A stretch of 63,950 nucleotides of DNA from Bacteroidia bacterium (GTDB lineage: Bacteria > Bacteroidota > Bacteroidia > UBA4408). Positions 1 through 7,666 of the stretch are shown here, piece after piece. The translations under genes were made by a program, and so were the position numbers. Positions within the stretch are counted from its first letter, which is position 1. The number at the start of each line of letters is the position of its first letter. The notes under the pieces are model-generated. The model saw only the letters and a list, made by a program, of their open reading frames with translations. It was not told where the DNA came from and did no database searches. The stretch spans positions 1-63,950 of the forward strand of contig JACMRI010000026.1 in the NCBI GenBank assembly GCA_014376525.1. Reading direction: 5' to 3'.

Positions 1-1788
1 ACTGTTACCATTAGTAAGCCAACCCAAACTACTGTTAGTGCCACTTACAGCAAGTATTTTGCTCCAAGGTTGCGCTGGGTTGTTATTTGTTTTTCTAAAC
101 CATAAGTCTTGGTCGTAATGGCTACCTGCTATTTGCATTGCCATAGTATTTAAAGTGCTGCTATGGCGCGCTTCTATTAAATGCCACCAACTAGTTGCAC
201 CTGCAGGATAGTTTACTACACTTAAACCATCGTTATCATAAAAGCCCGATTGTGCACCCAAACTTGTTGCCAAACCAGCATCTAAGCGAGTTTGTGTGCG
301 TACATTTCCATTACCAAAAAATAAGTTACCGCTTAGTTGTACGTCGCCGTTTACATCAAGTGTTTTGGTGGGGGTTGTTGTGCCTATACCTACGTTAAGA
401 TTAGAATCTATAACCATAGGAATACCTTTAACCGTAGTGTTTACAAAAGAAGTATTAGTAGCGCCCGCTTTATTCCATACTTTAAAATACATTTTACCAT
501 CGGCAGGGGTAAAGTTAATTTCGCCTGCGTAATTATCGCCTTTTATTACTTGTGGACTTGCTCCCGAATGATGGTAGTTAAAACCAATACCAGGCGTCCA
601 ACCAAAAATGGACGTTCCCGTTTTAAAAATGCTATCATACGCCATAATAGGCACTACCGAGCCGTTTGCTCTGTTAGTATTTACTTGTAATTTGGCAATT
701 GGATTGTTTAAACCAACACCAACATTTCCTGTTGTGTTATCCACTATCATACGCTCAGTATTGTTAGTACGTATGCGCAACGAAGAATTATCTGTTGTAC
801 CTATAAAGTTGGCGCTTGCATTAGTTCCCGCATTACCTTTTAGTAACCACGCTTGGCTTTTTATGCTGTCGCTCATGGTTTGCATTATGTTTTTTCCGCC
901 TATTTGTAAACTATCCATACTACCCCAACCGCCTTTTAAATGCGCAACTTGAGAGTAGTTGGTTACACTGCTATCTATTACTGCGTTGTTTATATTAGAA
1001 TAATTAGTAACGCTACTATCAACTTTTAATACATTGATGTTGGCGTTGTTTATTGTTGCCATATTGGTAATGCTACTATCTATTACTGCATTGTTAATAC
1101 TAGCATAGTTAGTTGCGCTACTATCCACTGTTAAATTATTAATAACGGCATTGTTTATAGTAGTAAAATTAATACTGCTACTATCCACCGTTAAATTGTT
1201 TATAACAGCGTTGTTTATTGTGGTGTAATTTATAACGCTACTATCAATAGTTATGTTGTTTACTATTGCGTTGTTTATAACTGCATAATTGGTAACACTG
1301 CTATCCACCAGCATATTATTAATAACTGTAGTAAAGTTTACATTGCTCAAATAATTTTTTATAGCCTTATTTATTATCGCAGTATCTATTCCTTTTTGGC
1401 AAAGATTTTTCCATACAGTACCATTATAAAAATGATAGCACGCACTATCTGTATTATATACAAGCAGTCCGTTTTCTGTAGCAGCAGTTGCAATAGCATT
1501 CATTTGCGTTGTATTCATACGTGGAGTTAAAAAACCTTTGTCGTTGGCGTTTAATTCCAGTATTGCTTTTGCATTGGGCGTAGTTGTACCTATACCTACA
1601 TTGTTTTGGGCTTGCGCTTCGGCTCCGCTCAGCGACCAGATGGAGAATAACACAAGAAGTAGGGCTGCTCTATGTTGTAATTTACTTGTTTGTACAATGT
1701 ATTTTGTAAAACAATATAAGGAGGGTATAACACTTGTTCTTGTTTTACAAAATACATTGTGCAATTTTGAAGAGTAATTGGTTTTCAT
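1..1788 (-). CDS. Secreted repeat protein with tail-fibre-like modules (C-terminus runs off window; absent from supplied ORF track)
   Basis: Checked triplet by triplet: no minus-strand stop from ATG at 1788 to base 1 (596 codons). Signal-peptide-like LLLVLFSIWSLSGAEAQ, VGIGTTTP twice, and WLLKGNAGTNASANFIGTTDNSSLRIRTNNTERM, typical of Bacteroidota tail-fibre-like surface proteins. Plus-strand ORFs here are shadows. Confidence 0.6.
   Translation of the reverse strand, partial: MKTNYSSKLHNVFCKTRTSVIPSLYCFTKYIVQTSKLQHRAALLLVLFSIWSLSGAEAQAQNNVGIGTTTPNAKAILELNANDKGFLTPRMNTTQMNAIATAATENGLLVYNTDSACYHFYNGTVWKNLCQKGIDTAIINKAIKNYLSNVNFTTVINNMLVDSSVTNYAVINNAIVNNITIDSSVINYTTINNAVINNLTVDSSSINFTTINNAVINNLTVDSSATNYASINNAVIDSSITNMATINNANINVLKVDSSVTNYSNINNAVIDSSVTNYSQVAHLKGGWGSMDSLQIGGKNIMQTMSDSIKSQAWLLKGNAGTNASANFIGTTDNSSLRIRTNNTERMIVDNTTGNVGVGLNNPIAKLQVNTNRANGSVVPIMAYDSIFKTGTSIFGWTPGIGFNYHHSGASPQVIKGDNYAGEINFTPADGKMYFKVWNKAGATNTSFVNTTVKGIPMVIDSNLNVGIGTTTPTKTLDVNGDVQLSGNLFFGNGNVRTQTRLDAGLATSLGAQSGFYDNDGLSVVNYPAGATSWWHLIEARHSSTLNTMAMQIAGSHYDQDLWFRKTNNNPAQPWSKILAVSGTNSSLGWLTNGNS
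955..1325 (-). repeat. Coding tandem repeats, 60-nt (20-aa) period with 30-nt sub-period
   Basis: About six units such as INNAVINNLTVDSSSINFTT / INNAVINNLTVDSSATNYAS. DNA units gctactatccac(c/t)gttaaatt.tt.ataac.gc.ttgtttat recur every 60 nt. Confidence 0.8.
1690..1764. repeat. 24-bp near-perfect inverted repeat (23/24) with 27-nt spacer inside the 5' end of the 1-1788 ORF
   Basis: Arms ttgtacaatgtattttgtaaaaca (1690-1713) and tgttttacaaaatacattgtgcaa (1741-1764). Confidence 0.85.
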
Positions 1789-1847
1789 ATAGTTTTTTTT
1801 GCTCTAATGGTTTATTTTCTCAAATATATATAATATACGTTACTCAA

Positions 1848-1913
1848 CAAAAAAAATAGTTTAACCACAAAAAAGCCCTTACCAACGGTAAGGGCTTTTT
1901 TGTGGTTAAACTA
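1848..1913 (-). terminator. Rho-independent terminator built on a 26-bp perfect palindrome
   Basis: tagtttaaccacaaaaaagcccttac (1857-1882) / caacg loop / gtaagggcttttttgtggttaaacta (1888-1913). The A-run at 1848-1856 gives a U-tract on the minus strand after the 1936-2172 gene. Confidence 0.75.
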
Positions 1914-1935
1914 TAAAATTATTTTTTTATAATTC

Positions 1936-2172
1936 TTAGTGTGCAGTGTGTGCATCTACTGCATGAGTTGCTGTATCTACAGTTAATTTTGCTAACGAAT
2001 CTTGTTCTGCTTGCATTTTTGCAGCTTCCATTTCGGCAGAAGCAGCTTCTGTTGCAGCTATTGAATCTTGAGTTGCTTTTTCTGTTGCAGCTTTTTGTTC
2101 TGCCGATGGGCCACATGCTACAAATGCCATCATAGATGCGATAGCGAATACTGATAATACTACTTTTTTCAT
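1936..2172 (-). CDS. Small Ala/Glu-rich lipoprotein
   Basis: MKKVVLSVFAIASMMAFVAC lipobox. ATG at 2172 preferred over the upstream ORF-track start at 2223. Paralogous to the next gene (ACGPSAEQKA.. vs SCGPNAEELA..). Hairpin terminator downstream. Confidence 0.55.
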   Translation of the reverse strand: MKKVVLSVFAIASMMAFVACGPSAEQKAATEKATQDSIAATEAASAEMEAAKMQAEQDSLAKLTVDTATHAVDAHTAH

Positions 2173-2240
2173 TTTAATTTTTGTTGTTTTTTTATTAATA
2201 AAATAATTACAATTGTTTTGCAAATGTATTTATTTTTTGC

Positions 2241-2277
2241 AAAAAAGAAACCCCTACAATAAAATTTATTGTAGGGG
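2241..2277 (-). terminator. Rho-independent terminator
   Basis: cccctacaata aaatt tattgtagggg hairpin, with an A-run on the plus strand (U-tract on minus) just after the stop of 2305-2706. Confidence 0.75.
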
Positions 2278-2304
2278 TTATTATTATTTGCTTTTAATAA
2301 CAAA

Positions 2305-2706
2305 TTATCCTTTACCCTGACCAGCTTTTACAGTAGTGCTAATTTTACCTTCGCCCTTACCAGTTCCAGCTTTTACAGTAGTACTAATTTTACCTTCGCC
2401 TTTACCAGTTCCGGCTTTTATTATTACTTTTTTAACAATTTTCTTTACCGTGTTTTTTGTTCCTGCGGCAGCATTAGCTATCGAATCTGCTTTAGTTTGC
2501 TCAGCTACTTTCATTAACGAATCTGCCATTGCAGTTGCGTTAGCTGCTACCATTGCTAATGAATCTTCCATGTGCAATTGCATTTCTGCTGCAATTATAG
2601 AATCTGCTGTCGCTTGTGCTTTTTTTGCTAATTCCTCAGCGTTAGGTCCGCACGATGCGAATAATGCAGTAGCCATAACTAATGCAGGTAAAATTACTTT
2701 TTTCAT
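2305..2706 (-). CDS. Lipoprotein with C-terminal 15-aa tandem repeats (GKGEGKISTTVKAGT)
   Basis: MKKVILPALVMATALFASC lipobox. N-terminal half paralogous to 1936-2172. 45-nt DNA repeats at 2309-2420. Hairpin terminator at 2241-2277. Confidence 0.6.
   Translation of the reverse strand: MKKVILPALVMATALFASCGPNAEELAKKAQATADSIIAAEMQLHMEDSLAMVAANATAMADSLMKVAEQTKADSIANAAAGTKNTVKKIVKKVIIKAGTGKGEGKISTTVKAGTGKGEGKISTTVKAGQGKG
2309..2420 (-). repeat. 45-nt coding tandem repeat, about 2.5 copies
   Basis: Units at 2309-2353 and 2354-2398 differ at a few bases, with a partial third copy. They encode GKGEGKISTTVKAGT. Confidence 0.85.
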
Positions 2707-2780
2707 TGTTGTTTTTGGTTTAAATTGTTTTTTTTGTTGTTACAAAACTATACTAAAAAAATTAATTTTGGAAAAATAGT

Positions 2781-2808
2781 TTGTATTTTAAAAAAATAGA
2801 TACTTTTG
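2781..2808 (+). promoter_or_regulatory. Bacteroidota sigma-A-type promoter (TTG-N17-TACTTTTG)
   Basis: The -7 box TACTTTTG (2801-2808) matches TAnnTTTG, with TTG at 2781-2783. Lies 40 nt upstream of the ATG at 2849. Confidence 0.45.
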
Positions 2809-2848
2809 CACTACAATATAAAATTTAATCTAAACTTAAAAAAAAACA

Positions 2849-3505
2849 ATGAAACAAACAATGAAATTTGCAGCAGTAGTAGCATTAGCTTTATCAACTG
2901 TATTAGTAGGCTGTAAAAAAGACGACGTAGATGCTCCTGTAGTTACTTTACTTGGTGCTGCATCAGAATCTAAAATATTAAATGCTTCTTACACAGATGC
3001 AGGTGCTACATCTAAAGATGAGCGCGATGGCGATTTAACTTCATCTATCGTTTCTGACGCTGCTACTGCAGTTAAGAAAGATTTAGCTGGTAATTATACT
3101 GTTACTTACACATCTACAGATGCCGCAGGTAATGCAGGTAAAGCTACTCGCACAGTTATGGTTAAGAATGCAGCAGATGCTAAAGCAGGCTCTTATGCAG
3201 TTACTGATTTATCTGGAGGTTTTTCTTCAAACTATAGTGATGCTGCAGTGGCATCATCAACTGTTAATAACAGAATATTAGTAGGTAAATTTGCTAATTA
3301 CTCTGGAGCAGGTGTTTACATGACAATCTCAACTGATGGATTAACAGTTACTGTTCCTTCTCAAACAGTTGCTTCTGGTACTCCAGCTGCAAACAGAACT
3401 TTTGCTGGTTCAGGTACAGTTAGCTCTACAGGTATGGTTATTGACTATACTGAAACTACAAACAATACAACTGTTACTGGTAAAGGTACTTACACAAAAC
3501 AATAA
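2849..3505 (+). CDS. Lipoprotein with DUF5011/HYR-like Ig-fold domain
   Basis: Signal/lipobox LALSTVLVGC. VVTLLGAASESKILNASYTDAGATSKDERDGDLTSSIVSD...GNYTVTYTSTDAAGNAGKATRTVMV fits the DUF5011 pattern. Promoter boxes upstream, terminator downstream. Confidence 0.6.
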   Translation: MKQTMKFAAVVALALSTVLVGCKKDDVDAPVVTLLGAASESKILNASYTDAGATSKDERDGDLTSSIVSDAATAVKKDLAGNYTVTYTSTDAAGNAGKATRTVMVKNAADAKAGSYAVTDLSGGFSSNYSDAAVASSTVNNRILVGKFANYSGAGVYMTISTDGLTVTVPSQTVASGTPAANRTFAGSGTVSSTGMVIDYTETTNNTTVTGKGTYTKQ

Positions 3506-3538
3506 TCTGTTTTTTTAACTAAAACAAATTTTTAAAAA

Positions 3539-3568
3539 AGTCCGCTCAACAGAGCGGACTTTTTTTTG
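3539..3568 (+). terminator. Rho-independent terminator
   Basis: agtccgctc aaca gagcggact followed by tttttttt, 34 nt after the stop of 2849-3505. Confidence 0.85.
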
Positions 3569-3592
3569 TATACAACCAATTCGTTTTAATGT

Positions 3593-3600
3593 TATTTTTG
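3593..3600 (+). promoter_or_regulatory. Candidate -7 box TATTTTTG upstream of metF
   Basis: Matches TAnnTTTG, 25 nt upstream of the ATG at 3626. Confidence 0.3.
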
Positions 3601-3625
3601 TACAAAATAAACATACATTAAAATT

Positions 3626-4579
3626 ATGAAAGTTACGGAACACATTACCAAAGCTAAGTCTACGCTATTTAGCATGGAAATATTACCACCACTCAAAAGT
3701 AAAGGCATACAAAGCATATACGACGGTATAGACCCACTTATGGAGTTTAAGCCAGCATTTGTAGACGTTACCTATCATAGGGAGGAATATATATACAAAA
3801 AACGTGAGGGCGGTTATTTGGAAAAAATAGCTATACGCAAACGACCTGGTACCGTAGGTATAAGCGCAGCTATTATGAACAAATATAAAGTAGATGCTAT
3901 TCCGCACATTATATGTGGGGGCTTTAGTCGCGAGGAAACCGAGAGCGCATTAATAGATTTGCACTTTTTGGGTATTGATAACGTACTCGCTTTACGTGGC
4001 GATAGCATTAAAACCGAAAATACATTTGTACCCGAACCTAACGGACACGCCTTTGCCAACGATTTAGTAAAACAAATAAGCAACTTAAATCAGGGTAATT
4101 ATTACAACGAAGAACCCAACGCTAACGCTGCTACACATTTTTGTGTGGGTGTTGCAGGCTATCCCGAAAAACATTTTGAAGCACCTAATTTGGGTATAGA
4201 TTTAGAATATCTTAAAACCAAAATAAATTCGGGGGCAGAGTATATTGTTACACAAATGTTTTTTGATAATAGTAAATATATAGAGTTCGTAAACCGCTGC
4301 AAGTTAATGGATATAAACGTCCCCATTATTCCAGGCTTAAAAATATTAACAAGCAAAAAACAACTTACTATACTACCCAAAATATTTCATATAGATATTC
4401 CCGAAGATTTGTACAAAGCCACTATGGCTTGCAAAGATGATGTTGCAGTAAAACAAGTAGGAATAGAATGGTGTACGCAACAATCAAAAGAACTAATAGC
4501 AGCTAAAGTGCCGTGCTTGCATTTTTACACCATGGGCGTGAGCGATGGTACTAAGAATGTGGCTAAAGAATGTTTTTAA
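3626..4579 (+). CDS. metF: 5,10-methylenetetrahydrofolate reductase
   Basis: 317 aa with FSMEILPP, FVDVTYH, LALRGD, VGVAGYPEKH and IVTQMFFD motifs characteristic of MetF. Confidence 0.9.
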   Translation: MKVTEHITKAKSTLFSMEILPPLKSKGIQSIYDGIDPLMEFKPAFVDVTYHREEYIYKKREGGYLEKIAIRKRPGTVGISAAIMNKYKVDAIPHIICGGFSREETESALIDLHFLGIDNVLALRGDSIKTENTFVPEPNGHAFANDLVKQISNLNQGNYYNEEPNANAATHFCVGVAGYPEKHFEAPNLGIDLEYLKTKINSGAEYIVTQMFFDNSKYIEFVNRCKLMDINVPIIPGLKILTSKKQLTILPKIFHIDIPEDLYKATMACKDDVAVKQVGIEWCTQQSKELIAAKVPCLHFYTMGVSDGTKNVAKECF

Positions 4580-4595
4580 TTAACACACACAGCTA

Positions 4596-5165
4596 GTGGC
4601 AACAACTCCTCCTGCACCCAAAATAATATTAGGCATAGACCCAGGTACTACCATTATGGGATATGGAATTATTGTGTGCGAAGGAAATTCCATAAAAGTA
4701 CTTACGCACGGTGTACTAATGCTAAGTAAACTGGACGACCACTTTGCTAAGCTCAATATGATTTTTAGGCGAATAACCGCCCTTATAGAAGAGTACCAAC
4801 CACACGAAGTAGCTGCTGAAGCTCCTTTTTTTGGCGAGAATGTACAATCTATGCTCAAGCTGGGGCGTGCGCAGGGCGTGGCTTTGGCGGCAGCATTACA
4901 AAAAAACTTACCTGTGTATGAGTATGCGCCCCGCAAAATAAAAATGGCAATAACAGGCGGTGGAAATGCTACTAAAGAACAATTAGCGATGATGATGCTA
5001 AAGCAAGGCTACATTACCGAAATACCCAAAAACCTTGATGCTACTGATGGTTTGGCGGTTGCGCTGTGCCATCATTATCAAAATAAAACAATGATGGGGG
5101 CAGGTAAAAGTTATAATAATTGGGAATCGTTTGTGTCGCAGAATGCTACTCGTGTTAAAAAATAA
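4596..5165 (+). CDS. ruvC: Crossover junction endodeoxyribonuclease RuvC
   Basis: ILGIDPGTTIMGYGII N-terminus, ~190 aa, RNase-H-like RuvC pattern. GTG start; no in-frame ATG before the conserved IDPG. Confidence 0.88.
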   Translation: MATTPPAPKIILGIDPGTTIMGYGIIVCEGNSIKVLTHGVLMLSKLDDHFAKLNMIFRRITALIEEYQPHEVAAEAPFFGENVQSMLKLGRAQGVALAAALQKNLPVYEYAPRKIKMAITGGGNATKEQLAMMMLKQGYITEIPKNLDATDGLAVALCHHYQNKTMMGAGKSYNNWESFVSQNATRVKK

Positions 5166-5174
5166 GTGGGGTAA

Positions 5175-5693
5175 ATGAGTACCAATATCGTTACCAATTT
5201 AGAGTATATAAAAACCAATGCTGCGCTACACCATACTCAAAACGCATTGTTGCGCAAAGCCCTTATGCAACACACCACACATGACGTTGATGCTGTTGTA
5301 ACTACAATAGCCAATGCTGTTACCGCAAAAATTGATTGTACCACGTGTGCTAATTGTTGTAAAACATTACACCCCGATTTGCAATTGCAAGAGATAGTTG
5401 CCCTTGCTCAAGAGCTTACTATTACACCGCAAGAATTTAAATATAAATACGCAGATAACCCCAATGCAACGAGCGAAAACTGCCATTTTAAAAATAAACC
5501 CTGTGCGTTTTTAACTAACGATAAATGTACGGTATATAGTCTGCGCCCCTTGTCCTGTGCAGATTTTCCTAACTTGCATAAACCCAATTTCAAATATAGA
5601 TACAAGCGCATTATGGAATTTTATAATATGTGCCCCATTATTTATAACACCATACAACAACTTAAAACGTATTATTTAACACCTCAAATATAG
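5175..5693 (+). CDS. YkgJ-family cysteine-cluster (zinc/iron-chelating) protein
   Basis: CTTCANCCKTLHP plus downstream KCTVYSLRPLSCADFP, the CxxCxxCC pattern of UPF0153/YkgJ proteins. Confidence 0.7.
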   Translation: MSTNIVTNLEYIKTNAALHHTQNALLRKALMQHTTHDVDAVVTTIANAVTAKIDCTTCANCCKTLHPDLQLQEIVALAQELTITPQEFKYKYADNPNATSENCHFKNKPCAFLTNDKCTVYSLRPLSCADFPNLHKPNFKYRYKRIMEFYNMCPIIYNTIQQLKTYYLTPQI

Positions 5694-5709
5694 AATAACA
5701 CAATCCCAT

Positions 5710-5778
5710 CACGGAGGCTGAGCGGAGCCGAAGTCCATATACGACTAGTGCTTCAACTCCGCCCAGCCACCGTAAGTG
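5710..5778. repeat. REP-like palindromic element carrying the CTGAGCGGAGCCGAAG core
   Basis: Arms 5711-5727 and 5757-5773 pair at 15 of 17 positions around a 29-nt loop. Core 16-mer at 5718-5733 is identical to copies at 1617-1632, 54181-54196 and 54848-54863. Confidence 0.75.
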
Positions 5779-5848
5779 GAATACAATTAGCCCACCATTT
5801 TCAAAATATGTAATTACCTCACCTATCAGTCTATCATCTATATTCTTA

Positions 5849-5856
5849 TATCTTTG
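5849..5856 (+). promoter_or_regulatory. Candidate -7 box TATCTTTG upstream of gldG
   Basis: Matches TAnnTTTG, 46 nt upstream of the ATG at 5903. Flanked by direct tctatcatct repeats. Confidence 0.3.
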
Positions 5857-5902
5857 AAAAAAAATACGTCTAGCTATCTATCATCTGTTATCTTTAAGTA
5901 AA

Positions 5903-7588
5903 ATGAACAAAATAAAACAAAAACACCTTACGCAATTTGCGCTACTGCTGGTGATAATAGTAATTACTAATGTGTTGGGGCAATATGTGTTTCATAGGTT
6001 TGATTTAACTGCCGAGAAACGCTACACACTCTCGGCGGCCTCCAAACAATTGTTGGGCAAAGTTACCGATGTGGTGTATGTGCGAGTTTACCTCGATGGC
6101 GAATTTCCTGCCGGTTTCCAACGTTTACGTAACGAAACCAAAGAAATGTTGGATGAGTTTAGAGTAATAGCTGGAGATAATGTGCAGTACGAATTCATTA
6201 ATCCGTCCGAAAGTACCGATCCAAAACAACGCAACGAAATATACGAAAACCTTGCTAAAAAAGGCTTGCAGCCCACCAACCTACAAACCAATAGCGATAA
6301 CGGACAACAACAACAAATAATATTTCCTGGTGCATTGCTCACGTATCAAAACCGAGAAATACCAATACAACTACTCAAAAGCATGGTGGGCGCATCGCCA
6401 GAGGTTATGCTCAACAATTCTATTAACGATTTAGAATACGAAATTACCAATGCGTTACGCAAAGTAATAGATCAAAACGATCGCCCAATAGTTGGTTTTT
6501 TGGAAGGACACGGAGAATTATCTCGCCAAGAAACCAACGATTTAGCAGGTTCGGTAAGAGAGTATTACGACATTAAACGTGTGCAAATAAACGGAAAACT
6601 CGGTGCGCTTAACAAGTACAAAGCCATAGTAATAGCTGCTCCAGATAGTGCTTTTAACGAAAAAGATAAGTTTGTAATAGACCAATATATTATGGGCGGA
6701 GGCAAAGTAGTTTGGTTAATTGACGGCGCTTACGCAAGTATGGATAGCCTTAGTACAAACACCGCAAGTATGGTGGTAAGTAATCAAACTAATCTCGACG
6801 ACCAACTGTTTAGATACGGCGTACGCATCAATCACAACGTGTTACAAGATATGCAATGTGCTGTAATACCAATAGTATCAGGCTATGTGGGCAATCAACC
6901 ACAAACACGTATGTATCCTTGGATGTATATGCCTTTGATATTTCAAACTGTAAAACACCCGCTTGTAAATAACCTAAACGCAGTAAAATTAGAGTTTGCA
7001 TCAACCATAGATACACTGCCTGTGCCCAATGTAAGTAAACAAATATTACTTACATCATCAGTATTTAGTAGAGTAGTTACAACGCCCGCCCGCATTGGCT
7101 TAGGGCAAGCTACCACACCGCTTAAGCAAGAACAATTTAACGCCAGTAGTTTACCTGTTGCAGTATTATTGTCGGGTTCGTTTACATCTAATTTTAAAAA
7201 TCGGGTACCCATATTATTAAGCACCGATAGTACTATTCAGTTTAAAGCAACATCTACACCTACCAGTATGATAGTAGTTTCGGACGGCGATATTGCCAAA
7301 AATTATGTGTCTAAAAACGGTAAAATATATCCATTAGGCTTTGATAGATATACACGTGAGCAATTTGGCAACAAAGCGTTTTTGCTCAACGCTATTAATT
7401 ATTTGTGTGGCGATGAAGCTTTAATAAGCATTCGCTCACGTGAGGTTAATTTGCGACTGTTAGATAAAACAAAAATTAAAATTGAAAAACTAACGTGGCA
7501 ACTTATAAACGTGGCGGTGCCAGTACTACTTATACTAATTTTGGGTATAGTGTTATATGTGTTGCGTAAGCGTAAATACAGCAAATAA
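5903..7588 (+). CDS. gldG: Gliding-motility-associated ABC transporter accessory protein GldG
   Basis: 561 aa. N-terminal TM (FALLLVIIVITNVLG) followed by FDLTAEKRYTLS, a large periplasmic domain, and a C-terminal TM plus basic tail (VPVLLILILGIVLYVLRKRKY). This is the GldG architecture. Confidence 0.8.
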   Translation: MNKIKQKHLTQFALLLVIIVITNVLGQYVFHRFDLTAEKRYTLSAASKQLLGKVTDVVYVRVYLDGEFPAGFQRLRNETKEMLDEFRVIAGDNVQYEFINPSESTDPKQRNEIYENLAKKGLQPTNLQTNSDNGQQQQIIFPGALLTYQNREIPIQLLKSMVGASPEVMLNNSINDLEYEITNALRKVIDQNDRPIVGFLEGHGELSRQETNDLAGSVREYYDIKRVQINGKLGALNKYKAIVIAAPDSAFNEKDKFVIDQYIMGGGKVVWLIDGAYASMDSLSTNTASMVVSNQTNLDDQLFRYGVRINHNVLQDMQCAVIPIVSGYVGNQPQTRMYPWMYMPLIFQTVKHPLVNNLNAVKLEFASTIDTLPVPNVSKQILLTSSVFSRVVTTPARIGLGQATTPLKQEQFNASSLPVAVLLSGSFTSNFKNRVPILLSTDSTIQFKATSTPTSMIVVSDGDIAKNYVSKNGKIYPLGFDRYTREQFGNKAFLLNAINYLCGDEALISIRSREVNLRLLDKTKIKIEKLTWQLINVAVPVLLILILGIVLYVLRKRKYSK

Positions 7589-7666
7589 CAAAAGGAGTAA
7601 ATTAAATAAAAGGCGTTTGGCATCTTTTTTGTATTTTGCTAGAAATTAAAAAAAAATTAAAAAACC

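Noticed and set aside
195-1777. Plus-strand ORFs from the track (195-398, 296-532, 337-690, 608-952, 1538-1777)
   Set aside because: They overlap one another in different frames and have odd, low-complexity composition. They lie antisense to a 596-codon uninterrupted minus-strand frame with clear protein-like motifs, so they are shadow ORFs.
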